Shown: one piece after another, positions 25,307-36,498 of the stretch
Numbering within the stretch: position 1 is the stretch's first letter
Layout of the letters: each line of letters begins with the position of its first letter
Assembly (NCBI GenBank): GCA_036785375.1
Contig: JAWMAR010000346.1
Location: 248,001-312,000, forward strand
Direction: 5' to 3'
Source: Leucoraja ocellata
Lineage: Eukaryota
DNA: 64,000 nucleotides
The notes under the pieces: generated by a model
Told to the model about the DNA's origin: nothing
Seen by the model: only the letters and a program-made list of their open reading frames with translations
Database searches by the model: none
Program-made: the position numbers and the translations under genes

Positions 25307-25720
25307 CCCGTTCAAGGTGGGGGGTGGTGGGGGTTCTCCAGGATTCAACACCCGTCACTCCCCCAAGCCAGTCCTGCCCCAGTTGCCCTGCCTCGGCTGA
25401 CCCCACGCTGGCCAGACGTCTGCCTCCCGTCTCACAACTAACTCCTCGGAGCTGGCTTTTGAGTCAAAGCAGAGCAGTGCGATCTGTCACTGATCCCCCG
25501 AGGTGCCCATCGGAAGGCCAGCGAATCAGTGCATGTGTCGATGGGAAGTGGGGAATTAACCAGAGTCTTCAACTCACGGAAACTCCCAACCTCACCCAAC
25601 CCATATCTCTTCCACAATACTCCATTAACTCCTTCTGTACCAAACACACACTCGCCAGAACTTTACAACTTAACGCTGTATGGGTCATAAAGAATGAATC
25701 ATTAATGAGTCACATCCCTT
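25307..25720 (-). promoter_or_regulatory. Candidate internal promoter / 5' UTR for the short isoform
   Basis: TE-free, locally GC- and CpG-enriched DNA directly upstream of the ATG. Two AP-1 TGAGTCA motifs near 25460 and 25706. Confidence 0.4.
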
Positions 25721-25952
25721 CCTCCTTCTCCCCCACCCTTTTCACGACTGGATTTATCAAATTATATCAAACTGTGCCAGAGGAGGATGTATCATTATCC
25801 ACTATAACCCTTCCACTCTTTTACCCGTGTGTCATTGTATGCATTGTATGATTGGACTGGATAGCACACAACATTCTTGATTAGAAAGGGGGTCCAGGGT
25901 TATGGGGAGAAGGCAGGAAAATGGGATTAGGAGGCAGAGATCAGCCATAATT

Positions 25953-26123
25953 ATAGACACAAAAAGCTGGAGTAACTCAGCGGGACAGGCAGCATCTCTG
26001 GAGAGAAGGAATCGGTGACGATTCAGGCCTATAGACGGGTCCCGACCCGAAATGTCACCCATTCCTTCTCTCCAGATATGCTGCCTGACCCGCTGAGTTA
26101 CTCCAGCTTTTTGTGGCTATCTT
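25953..26123. mobile_element. Fold-back PLE-tail insertion, subfamily A
   Basis: Two inverted tail copies joined through the hammerhead region. Confidence 0.75.
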
Positions 26124-27127
26124 CTGTTAATTATGCTTTTATTGTCAAATGTACGGTGCAAATGCAATAAAATTATTTTCTTACAAACAGTGCAGTGGGG
26201 TATTGCCATACCTAGGCACAACCCCAATTAACTAAGGGTACAGAAATAGTCTACTGAACGTATATGCAAAAAGGTACATGTTTAGGCGCCATTTTCAAGG
26301 TGACTTTCAAAGTATACGATACGATATGATGTGCACACAGTGAAACAGTCAAAAGAATGCGAGAGCATTTTAAATCTGCAAGGCACTGACACCCATTACA
26401 GATAAACGATCTAACAAGATTGTTACATTAGCAACTCTAGTAAGAGAGTTCAAAGGGATCTGGAATGGACAGAGAGATTTGAGGAGCAAGGAAATACCTT
26501 GTGACAATTGTCCATGGGATAGATACAATAGAAAACTTATTGGAAAAAAGTATTTCCATACCTAGAATTCAAATTTAAATGCAGCTCACTGTATGATGTG
26601 ATGCTTTTATTCTGAATTTCATATTGTAACATTCTGAATTAGTATAGCTCATGTAACCTTTGAACTTTTTCCACCTCAACGAGGTTCTTGCACAGACACG
26701 TTAGGCAAGAATTTTATCAAGACCTGGTCTCACCAAGATAAGGAGATTGAGTATCATTGAAACCAATGAGTCAAACCCCTGCGGTCAATAAGGGGGGTAG
26801 GAGTGTGGCTACCTGTTAGATATCCTAACATCAAAGCCTATGGTTGAACCATAACTATTTATCAATACTTGTCAATAAACCTGAAACTATGTAGCAAACT
26901 CTTCAAGTAATCATTTACATGACAATAACAAAGATTTTAACAGCATGAAGTCACTTATTTACAGGGGAGGAGAACGTTGTCCATGTCTCTGCAGACTGTG
27001 GATTTGCTAAAAGGATTTGGAGAAGTATGGAAAGATCTTTGTCATTGTATATCTCAAGCAGCTCAGACAACCTTCTGATCTACGGAAGATAGGCACAAAA
27101 AGCTGGAGTTACTCAGGCAGCATCTCC

Positions 27128-27476
27128 AGAGCCAACAATATCATGAGAGACCCCTTCCACCCCTGCAATGGACTGTTCCAGCTGCTACGGTCAGGCAAAC
27201 GCCTCTGTTGCCATGCGGTGAGAACGGAGAGGTTGAGAAGGAGTTTCTTCCCAGAGGCCATTCGGACTGTAAACACCTATCTCACCAGGGACTAACTCTA
27301 CTGAACGTTTTTCCTTCCATTATTTATTATGTAAAAGAATATGTGTGTTATGATTGTGTTTATAGTTTGTTTGGTTGTTTGTCTTTTGCACAAAAGTCCG
27401 CGAACATTGCCACTTTCATTTCACTGCACATCTCGTATGTGTATGTGACAAATAAACTTGACTTGACTTGACTTGA
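27128..27476 (+). mobile_element. Rex1/Babar 3' end nested in a PLE-tail copy
   Basis: DPFHPCNGLFQLLRSGKRL...RLRRSFFPEAIR and a (GACTT)n tail. It splits the PLE tail at gcatctc / gagaaggaatggg. Confidence 0.88.
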
Positions 27477-27630
27477 GAAGGAATGGGTGATGTTTTGGGT
27501 CGAGACCCTTCTTCTGATCTGCAGGCTTACACTTACACTTACTTATCTATGTATCTCCCTCTCCTCTGACTTCATTCTGAAAAATAGTTTCAACCCAAAA
27601 AATCACCCATTTCCTTCTCCACAAAGACGA

Positions 27631-27844
27631 TGCCTGTCCTGCTCAAGTCAGCACCTGGCGACAACCTACGACAGCACCTACGTCAGGAGAAGTCAAACTA
27701 CGCTCATTGGCGTCAACCCACTGTCGCCAAACTTTTTTGAACATGTTGAAAATCCAGCGGAGAACAGAAAGACGCTACGAATCTTTGGGCGACTACTCAC
27801 GACCATACAGGTGACACCCCGGCGACCATGTGGTGACATGCCCT
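27631..27844. mobile_element. Degenerate MITE of the same terminal family (related fragment at about 34495-34710)
   Basis: gcctgtcc... gtggtgacatgccct-taa ends. Internal tgaacatgttgaaaatccag is shared in reverse with about 34640. Confidence 0.55.
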
Positions 27845-28199
27845 TAAGAGGAGATTTGACAGAGCTGTGCAAAATCATGGCCAACATTGAAATGATGAAT
27901 AAACAGAAGTGGGATTAAACTAGATCAGTGTAGGAATGGCATATATGGGTGCTTGATGGGCTCCACAGGCCACAGGCCTATTTTGGTGGCATATAATTCT
28001 TCAGCTCTTATCCAATAGCTTGGGCCACACTAATTAACTAGGCTCAAATAACCGCTTTAAACCCTAGATTGCTAGCTTTCTGTTAACCAAAAAACATTGA
28101 GGGATATATCAAAGCAAATCGGAGATCGGGGAAATTTGTGGATTAACCATGATTTTCTGAAATGGTGGAACAGATTGAATAGGGTTAAGTGGCCTATGT

Positions 28200-28460
28200 A
28201 AGGAGGACCTGCATGTGCTGGTTTAAACTGAAGATAGACACAAAGTGCTAGAGTAACTCAGCAGATTGGACAGCATTAGACAGAGGGAAGTTAGAGAAAT
28301 CAATATTCATACCACTGGGTTGTAAGCTGCCCAAGCAAACTATGAGATGCTGTTCCTCCAATTTGCATTTACCCTTACTCTGACAATGGAGAAGGCAGTG
28401 ATCAGAAAGGTCAGTGTGTTTGGCAACTGGGAGATCAGATAGGTCCAGGCGGACTGAGCG
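28200..28460 (-). mobile_element. PLE GIY-YIG C-terminal fragment
   Basis: ORF 28248..28511 contains LPVAKH and KLEEQHLIVCLGSLQPSGMNIDFSNF. Confidence 0.8.
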
Positions 28461-28799
28461 AAAGAGTTCATCTAATTTGGACAGATTAAAAACTGGACAA
28501 AGAGAATGCAAGCATTCCTTTAACTCAGCTGCCTAGCTGCAAGGGCCAAACATGTGGGAGATGAGAGTTGTGTAGGAAGGAACTGCAGATGCTGGTTTAA
28601 ACCAGAATTAGACACAAAATGCTGGAGTAACTCAGCGGAACAGGAAGCATCTCTGGAGAGAACGAATGGGTGATGTTTCGGGTCGAGACACTTCTTCAGC
28701 GAAATGAGAGTTAACTTGGTCATAACTTTTTTTTATGGCTCAATGGGATTATGGAAACCCAGTGCCAAAGTTGGGGTGGAGGGTGAAGATGATAGATAC

Positions 28800-28885
28800 C
28801 TGTGGATCGCTGTTGGTCTTCCTCAATGACACGTGCGAAGGCTCCAAGTGGTGTGACAGACTCCCCGAGGAGTGAAAGCCATTCA
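28800..28885 (-). CDS. GAS7: GAS7 internal coding exon (equivalent of human exon 4)
   Basis: tgtttgtgttgcag|TGAATGGC...GATCCACAG|gtatct. 86 nt, phase 1-0. Joined to the previous exon it gives VNGFHSSGSLSHHLEPSHVSLRKTNSDPQ versus recalled human VNGYHASGTPAHPPETAHMSVRKSTGDSQ (same length). Confidence 0.95.
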
Positions 28886-29654
28886 CTGCAACACAAACAC
28901 AGATACACATTAAACAAATGATGCTCCAATGCACGCCAGCAATCTCCGCCGTTTCTTGCACGTAATCCACTACATTCAAGACATTCAATTGGCCTTTGCT
29001 CTGAGATATTCCACAGAGTACTTCCTTGGAATAATGCATTTGAGATTTTCTATTGCAAGAGACCAAATAAACCCCAAAGTAATGACAACAGATCCACAAG
29101 GCAAAAGGCAGCAGAAATAATCAGTTACCTTCATCAGCTCATTCTGAAACACTCAAACCCGGCTACAAATCTCCCCAGGAAAGAACCAAGCAGTCCTATA
29201 CACTACATTAAGTCTAAAAGCTGGAAGTAGAATCAACCAACTTCAAATAATTCTCAGTCTTTTAAGGCATTTAGTCACATAAAAATGAATTTGAAATTGA
29301 CTGAGAGCATATTATATAACATTATGCAAATTCACATCAGTGATCATATTCCTATTAAACAATTCAGATGAATCCCTGATGGTGCACCATGACTTCAATC
29401 TCCTGTCAGTCATAAATAATAGAGATATTTTGTTGAACTGACTTCTTTGTTCTTTTATATGCTTGGATGTTCTCAGACAGCTAATCTTCAAATCATCATG
29501 TTTGGAGATGGTTGCGCTTCAAGAGTGAAAATTATGTCTAATGAAGCTGTATAATCACTCTCTGCTCAATCCCAAAACTGTTCAGACCAAGGTTAGAGAA
29601 ATGCTTACAATGAGTTTTGCACCTTCACAGACACTCATAGAAAACATCCCACAT

Positions 29655-29990
29655 GGATGTCTTCCCTCTCTCTCCATCCCTCTCCCTTCCCAGTTCTCCG
29701 ACCAGTCTGACTGTCCCCGATTACGTTTTATCTCTGTTTGCTTTGTTGTCACCTTCCCCTCGCTAAAAATGTTCTTTTCAAGATTTTCCTTGATCCACAT
29801 CTCTTTTGATGTCTCATTTTCACACCTTACCCTTCCATAGTTCGGTAGATCCCTCTCCCCTGACTCTGAAACTGAAGAAGGGTCTCGACCTGAAACGTCT
29901 CTCCAGAGGTACTGCCTGTCCCGTTGAGTTACTCCAGTGTTTTGTGTCTATCTTCGGTGAGAACCAGCATCTGCAGTCCTTTCCTACACC
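29655..29990 (+). mobile_element. PLE 3' UTR with hammerhead core, subfamily A
   Basis: Pyrimidine-rich UTR, CTGAAGAAGGGTCTCGACCTGAAACGTC at 29872-29899, conserved tail ending ccagcatctgcagtcctttcctacac. Confidence 0.75.
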
Positions 29991-30477
29991 ACCCAGATGC
30001 ATCACAGCTTGGCAAATGCACTGCTCAGGACCGTAAGGTTCGAGAGTCGTGAACGAGACCCAGTCCATCACACAAAACAACTTCTCCCACCCCACACCTC
30101 CCCGTTGACTCCAGCTATCCAGCGACATGTACCACCAGATAGAAGGAGAGTTTCTTCCCCACTCATCTCATACTCTTCAATGGATATAGACACCAAATGC
30201 TGGAGTACCTCAGCGGGGCAGGCAGCATCTCTGGATAGAAGGAATGGGTGACGTTTCGGGCTGAGACCCTTCTTCAGACTGAGCATCGGAGGAGAGGGAG
30301 TCACAGAGATAAGGAATTATAAGAAGTGGAATATATTGATTCCAGATCTTCCAATCTTCCTAAAAACCCTTACAGTCTTTTTTTAATCTGCATTTTCTCC
30401 ATAACTATAACACTGCATTCTACACTCTGTTTATTTTCTCTTTTGCACTGCCTGGTGTATACATGTAATGTATACTG

Positions 30478-30952
30478 AAGGATCGGCACCTCATAGTCCA
30501 CTTGGGTTGCTTACAAGCTAATGGTTTCAACAATGAATTCTCCAATACTAGGTACGTAATCTACAAAAATCTCCCCCTTTTCTCTTCTTCCTTCCCCATG
30601 TGCACCCTATTCCCCACCAATACACATCCATCTCTCCTCTCAACCCTCCCCTTCCACCTACATTCCTTCCTCTGGCTTCACCATTCCCACACCGTTTGTC
30701 TTTTCATCTCTGGCCTTTATCCAATCATCTACTTATCCAAACTCACCCTCGCCTGTATCCACCTATCACTTTCCAGGCTTGGCCCTGCCCACCTCCTTCA
30801 CAGCTGTCTCCCACTCAGCACAATCAGCCTGAGGAAAGGTCCCAACCCGAAACAACACCCATCCTTGGTCTCCAGAGATGTTGCCGGGCCCACTGAGGTA
30901 CTCCAGCATTCTGCGTCTTTTTTTGGTAAACCAATATCTGCAGTTCCTTGAG
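30478..30952 (+). mobile_element. Older PLE 3' fragment
   Basis: RHLIVHLGCLQANGFNNEFSN (GIY-YIG end), pyrimidine-rich UTR, decayed hammerhead core near 30828. Confidence 0.7.
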
Positions 30953-31339
30953 TCTACAAATGGATGGTATAATTTGCCTGGATAGCATGCAACATAAAGT
31001 ATTTCACTGTACCTCGATACATGTGACAGTAATAAACCAATATGCAAGATATTGGCTGCAACGTGCTGTGTTGGGGCTGAGGCAAGCAGACAACAGTTGA
31101 TGGCGCTAATGTTATTTTATTAAGCCTTCTCTGGGCTATACCTATTTTGAGAGGTGAGGAGGCGATTGGGATGAAGGGAGGTAAAGTGTCTGCATGCCTC
31201 TGCGGCAAATATCGTCTGCAATATTAACCCAGGAAACAGACTCACATCTGAACTTGCAATGTAAAGCAATGCTAGATGCCCTGCTGTGAAGCAGTAACTC
31301 TGAAGAGAATTTATGGAGAACCCAATCTGCTCAGCATAC

Positions 31340-31566
31340 TGTTCAAGAAGGAACTGCAGATGCTGGAAAGTCGAAGGTACACAAAAAAGCTGGAGAAATT
31401 CAGCGGGTGCAGCGGCATCTATGGAGCAAAGGAAATAGGCAACGTTTCGGGCCGAAACCCTTCTTCGGACCATACCAAAGAAGGGTTTCAGCCCGAAATG
31501 TTGCCTATTTCCTTCGCTCCATAGATGCTGCTGTACCTGCTGAGTTTCTCCAGCTTTTTTGTGTAC
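31340..31566. mobile_element. Fold-back PLE-tail insertion, subfamily B
   Basis: Inverted arms meet just 5' of the hammerhead cores. 13-bp TSD ctgctcagcatac at 31327-31339 and 31567-31579. Confidence 0.82.
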
Positions 31567-31886
31567 CTGCTCAGCATACGGATTATTCCGCACAAGAGAC
31601 AGACCAGGCACTTCAGAAAGGATGGTAGACACTAAGAAACAGGAATACACTGGCACCCCACTTAGCTGCATGCTGCAGTGCAGTGACTTGTAGCCCTGGA
31701 ACCCCAACGCAGGTGCGTACCAAACATTACATCCACTTGGACTGCCTGCTGCTCTGTATGGTGTGGAAAGACAGCTTGAGTCAGGTCAATGTGAGTTCAT
31801 TGCCATATGCATGAATATGGTGAGGTGCAGGTAGAAACAAAATCTTGTTTGCAGCAGCATCACAAACACATATAACCATATAACAA

Positions 31887-32386
31887 TTACAGCATGGAAA
31901 CAGGCCATCTCGGCCCTACAAGTCTGTGCCGAACAACCTTTTTCCCTTAGTCCCACCTGCCTGCACTCATACCATAACCCTCCATTCCCTTCTCATCCAT
32001 GTGCCTATCCAATTTATTTTTAAATGATACCAATGAAACTGCTGACACCACTTCCACTGGAAGCTCATTCCACACCGTTACCACTCTCTGAGTAAAGAAG
32101 TTCCCCCTCATGTTACCCCTAAACTTCTGTCCCTTAATTCTGAAGTCATGTCCTCTTGTTTGAATCTTCCCTATTCTCAAAGAGAAAAGCTTGTCCACAT
32201 CAACTCTGTCTATCCCTGTCATCATTTTAAAGACCTCTATCAAGTCCCCCCTTAACCTTCTGCGCTCCAGAGAATAAAGACCTAACTTATTCAACCTATC
32301 TCTGTAACTTAGTTGTTGAAACCCAGGCAACATTCTAGTAAATCTCCTCTGTACTCTCTCTATTTTGTTGACATCCTTCCTATAAT
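31887..32386 (-). mobile_element. CR1 3' end, second subfamily
   Basis: ORF 31947..32333 LGLYSLERRRLRGDLIEVFK...FFTQRVVTVWNELP, intact. Confidence 0.93.
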
Positions 32387-32389
32387 CTA

Positions 32390-32835
32390 CATAGACTCAG
32401 GCAACACAAAAAAACATATTTTATGCAGAAATTACACACATTCTACAAGACGGGAAGAAGGAAAAAGTGCGCAAAACACGTGGCAATAGTGCAAAATGCA
32501 ATGGGAAAGTAATTCCACCGTCGCACAGTAAGCTGTAATATTCCATCGTTGAGGTAGGATTAGGGTTGGGCAGGTTTACGGTTGTTGGAAGAGTAGCTGT
32601 TCCTGAATCTGGTGGTGTAGGTTTCAGGCTTCTGTAATCCCTGCCCAATGGCAGCAGTGAGGAGCGGGCATGCCACAGATGCCAGGGACCCTTGCTGTGG
32701 GATGTCGTTTCCTTAAGGCAGTGCCTCATGTAGCAGCTTTCAATGGCGGGGAAGATTGTGTCTGTGATGAGTCCACCACTCTGCAGCTTTTTGCAATCTT
32801 GTGCATGGGAATTGCCAAACCATGCAACCAGTCAG
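32390..32835 (-). mobile_element. Degenerate Rex1/Babar 3' fragment
   Basis: ORF 32421..32729 SLLPLGRDYRSLK remnant. Confidence 0.65.
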
Positions 32836-33699
32836 GGAAGTTGTGTGAAAGACAGCGGTGTGGTTTTAGGACAGTTGGGGTGCACGTTGCACTGCTCAGC
32901 TCTGGGGCATCAGACTAATGGCAGCACCCTGGAAGCAGGTAAATGCACTGCTTGCAGGAGACTGGATGCAGCTGAGCTACATGTTGACTGACTTCACGGA
33001 TCCTACAGCCTCTCTCCTCACCTCCTGCTGTTACTCCATTATTTTGTCTGGCAGCGCAGCTTCCTCCAGCCCCAACCCGGAGATTTCACCATGGCAACCA
33101 GCTCAACAATGGTCCAAGGCAGCTGAGCTTGTCATTGGAATCTCTGGGCTAAAGAGAGAGCTGTGCAACCTAGCAAAGAGAGGGGAGAGCAGAGTCCATC
33201 ACCCTCCTACAGTAGATGATGAGGCAGACTGTACCATCCAGGCTGTCAGTTAACACATGGAGCAGGACCTGCCCATCTCCACCAATTGCCCACACTCATA
33301 TTGCTGGCCAGAAGCATCAGTGAGTCCCACATTACAGCATTGAGTGGATGAACTGCTTGCCCAGCCCATCCACACTACACCAGCCCTCCAGACCTCCAGT
33401 GAACAAACTTTCTATACATTTTGCTGCTGATGCCATTACCATTCACATGTGTGGTAACACAGCCTGGATGCTAATATCAGTCTGTCATAGAATCTCAGAA
33501 TACTATAGCATGGAAACAGGCCTCGCTGCCAACTCATCCATACCAACCAAGGGGCTTTACGAGCAGTTTGAAGAATGGTCTCGACCCAAAACGTCACCCA
33601 TTCCTTCTCGCCACAGATGCTGCCTGTCCCGCTGAGTTACTCCAGCATTTTGTGTCCATTCCCAATGAATGTCCCCTGCATCCACCCCAGAGCCATCAC

Positions 33700-34480
33700 C
33701 TCCTTTCCATGGTCATGAGAATTGCATAGAATATTCCAACTGAAGTCTGAACAAGGGTTTAGAAAGCTGAAGCATAGCCTCACTACTATGGTATTCTATG
33801 CCCTGTTTCATGCCCATTATTACACATGCCTTCCTAAACAAGTTGTCTGCCAGCATTGCTCCCTTCACAGAGCGATGGATTTGTACTCCAACATCCCTTT
33901 GTTCCTCAATACTCCCTAAAACCCAATCATGATACCTGTCCTTGCCTTATGAAAGATCCCAAAATGCATCACCTCACATTGGTGTGAAATAAACTCAATT
34001 CTTCAGCCCATTTCACCAACCCATGATATTTCTTTGCAGCCTAAGTCTACCGTCCGTACTATCAATAACCCGCCCAATCTTTGTGACATCCGCAAGCTTA
34101 TTGTCTTTACCGCCCCACACATACATGTTTCTTGTAATCAGCAAGGTTCACAGTACTGATCCTCGTGGGACTCTGCTAGTCACAGGCGTCCAATAACATA
34201 AACAACCATCTATCATCACCTTCATTCTCCTTTCACCAAGCCAATTTTGAATCCAGTTTGCCAACTGGCCCAGATCCCAATGGCCCTAACCACTTCAATC
34301 AGTCACCCACATGGGACCTTGTCAAAGGCTTTATTGAAGAGCATCTAAATCAAAACTACTGCCTTGCCCTCATGGGCACACTTTGTTACCTCTGCAAAGA
34401 ATGCAGTCTAATTTGTCAGACAGGGTCTGCCCTTGACAAGGCCAGGTTGGCCATCATTGATTAGTCCCTTCCTTTCCAAG
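33700..34480 (-). mobile_element. Old CR1 RT fragment
   Basis: Decayed motifs, e.g. gtcaaaggcttt (KAFD on minus) and agtactgatcctcgtgggactc (GVPRGSVL). Confidence 0.65.
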
Positions 34481-35057
34481 GGACCATTCCTCAAGCGGGG
34501 TGACGGACGCCTGTATGGTTGTGAGTAATCGCCCAAAGAGTCGTACCTTTACCTGAAGTAGACAAAAGTGCTGGGGAACCTCAGCGGGTGAGGCAGCATC
34601 TATGGAGCGAAGGAAATAGCACCTTTATCTGGTCGCCACTGGATTTTCAACATGTTGAACATGACAGGTGCCGGTAAGTTGCGAAAAAAATCGCGTAAGT
34701 GGGCCAGGCTCCTCAGAATGGTTTCCCGCATTTTCTCATTCGCTGACATTAGGCTCACTGGTCCATAGTCACCCATTTTTCCCTTGCCGCTTTCCTTAAA
34801 AGGAGACCATATTTGCTGTTTCACAGTCATCTGGTACCACACTTGTCCAGGACAGATTGTCTTGTGTCTAAGACTCCAATATGATAGCTGTGGCATCAGG
34901 AATTATGGTGGGAGTTATTTTCTAATATACTTCCTCTGTACATCTGTTATGTGGTCTTCAAGTAAAGTCAATTAGACTAAAATATCAAACAAAAGACTAA
35001 TTGCTGGTGGGAGGGACTCCATAGGTCAGGCAGCATTTGTGGAGGGAAATGGATCTG

Positions 35058-35281
35058 TACAGAGTTTGTACGTTCTCCCCATGACCGCGTGGGTTTTCTC
35101 CGAGATCTTCGGTTTCCTCCCACACTCCAAAGACAAGCAGGTATGTAGGTTAATTGGATTGGTATAATATTCTATAGTCCCTAGCGTGTGTAGGATAGCG
35201 TTAATGTGCGGGCATCGCTGGTCAGCGCGGACTCGATGGGCCGAAGGTTCTGTTTCCGTGCTGTATCTCTAAACTAAACTA
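35058..35281 (+). mobile_element. HE1-like SINE, 5'-truncated
   Basis: V domain and tail ending ctaaactaaact. Confidence 0.85.
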
Positions 35282-35289
35282 GTGTGGCT

Positions 35290-35842
35290 GGTAGAAAGAC
35301 TGGGGCGGAGGTTCACCTTCCAGCAGGCCAACAACCCTAAACATACAGCCAGAGCTACAATGGAGTGGTTTAGATCAAAGCATATTCATGTGTTAGAATG
35401 GCCCAGTCAAAGTCCAGACCTAAATCCAATTGAGAATCTCTGGCAAGACTTGAAAATTGCTGTTCACAGACGCTCTCCATCCAATTTGACTGAGCTTGAG
35501 CTATTTTGCAAAGAAGAATGGGCAAAAATTTCAGTCTCTAGATGTGCAAAGCTGGTAGAGACATACCCCAAAAGACTTGCAGCTGTAATTGCAGCGAAAG
35601 GTGGTTCTACAAAGTATTGACTCAGGGGGGGCTGAATACTTTTGCACGCCACACTTTTCAGTTTTTTATTTGTAAAAAAATTTGAAAACCATGCATCATT
35701 TTCCTTCCACTTCACAATTATGCGCCACTTTCCAGTGTTGGTCTATCACATAAAATCCCAATAAAATACATTTACGTTTGTGGTTGTAACGTGACAAAAT
35801 GTGGAAAAGTTCAAGGGGTATGAATACTTTTGCAAGCCACTG
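35290..35842 (+). mobile_element. Tc1-family transposon, 3' third of transposase and right IR/DR end
   Basis: [11 protein letters not shown]...[17 protein letters not shown]...[12 protein letters not shown]. Terminus gaatacttttgcaagccactg followed by TA at 35843. Inner direct repeat gaatacttttgcacgccac near 35634. Confidence 0.95.
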
Positions 35843-36190
35843 TATATGAGATTGGATATCAACATTTTGTTTAAGAAGGAACTGCAGGTGCTGGAAAATC
35901 GAAGGTAAACAATGCTGGAGAAACTCATTGGGTGAGGCAGCATCTATGGAGAGAAGGAAATAGGCAACGTTTTGGGTCAAACCCCTTCTTTAGGCATTTC
36001 AACATTTATTTGCATTATTCATTTCCATTTTCATTCCAAGCAAATACTTGTCATTTATTTTCTGTCCATTGCGAACATTTGACCTAATGTATTTTTTAAG
36101 TGCACCATTGCAACTTTGTAAATAGTGAAAATGGATTTTATGTTGTGATCAGTCCCCTATATATTTTAGCAGTCTACAGTTTTTCATAAA

Positions 36191-36400
36191 ATAGACACGG
36201 AATACTGGAGTAACTCAACGAGACAGGCTGCATCTCTGGAGAGAAGGAATCGGTGACATTTTGGGTCAAGACCCTTCTTCAGTCTCAACCTGAAACATCA
36301 CCCATTCCTTCTCTCCACAGATGCAGCCTGACCCTCTGTGTTACTCCAGCATTTTGTGTCTATCTTTGGTTTAAACCAGCAGCTGCGGTTCCTTTCTACA
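36191..36400. mobile_element. Fold-back PLE-tail insertion, subfamily A
   Basis: Inverted arms with imperfect TSD tctacagNttttcat. Ends about 20 nt from the GAS7 donor at 36420. Confidence 0.75.
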
Positions 36401-36420
36401 GCTTTTCATGGTCTGTTTAC

Positions 36421-36498
36421 CTGTAAGCATGGAATTCATCTGTGATATCGGACTCTTTGGAGTCCCTGGAGTACTGGTTGGCCTTTCCCAGGTTGTTT
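36421..36498 (-). CDS. GAS7: GAS7 internal coding exon (equivalent of human exon 3; end of WW domain)
   Basis: Minus strand reads gttcttttattccag|AAACAACCTGGGAAAGG...ATGCTTACAG|gtaaac. 78 nt, phase 1-1. Encodes xTTWERPTSTPGTPKSPISQMNSMLT, matching recalled human GAS7 ETTWERPSSSPGIPASP. Confidence 0.93.

Noticed and set aside
31120-31707. Recurrent peptides such as KKELQMLENRRYTKMLEKLSG and SRDAACPAELLQ in many ORFs
   Set aside because: Translations of the non-coding PLE tail repeat, not a gene family.
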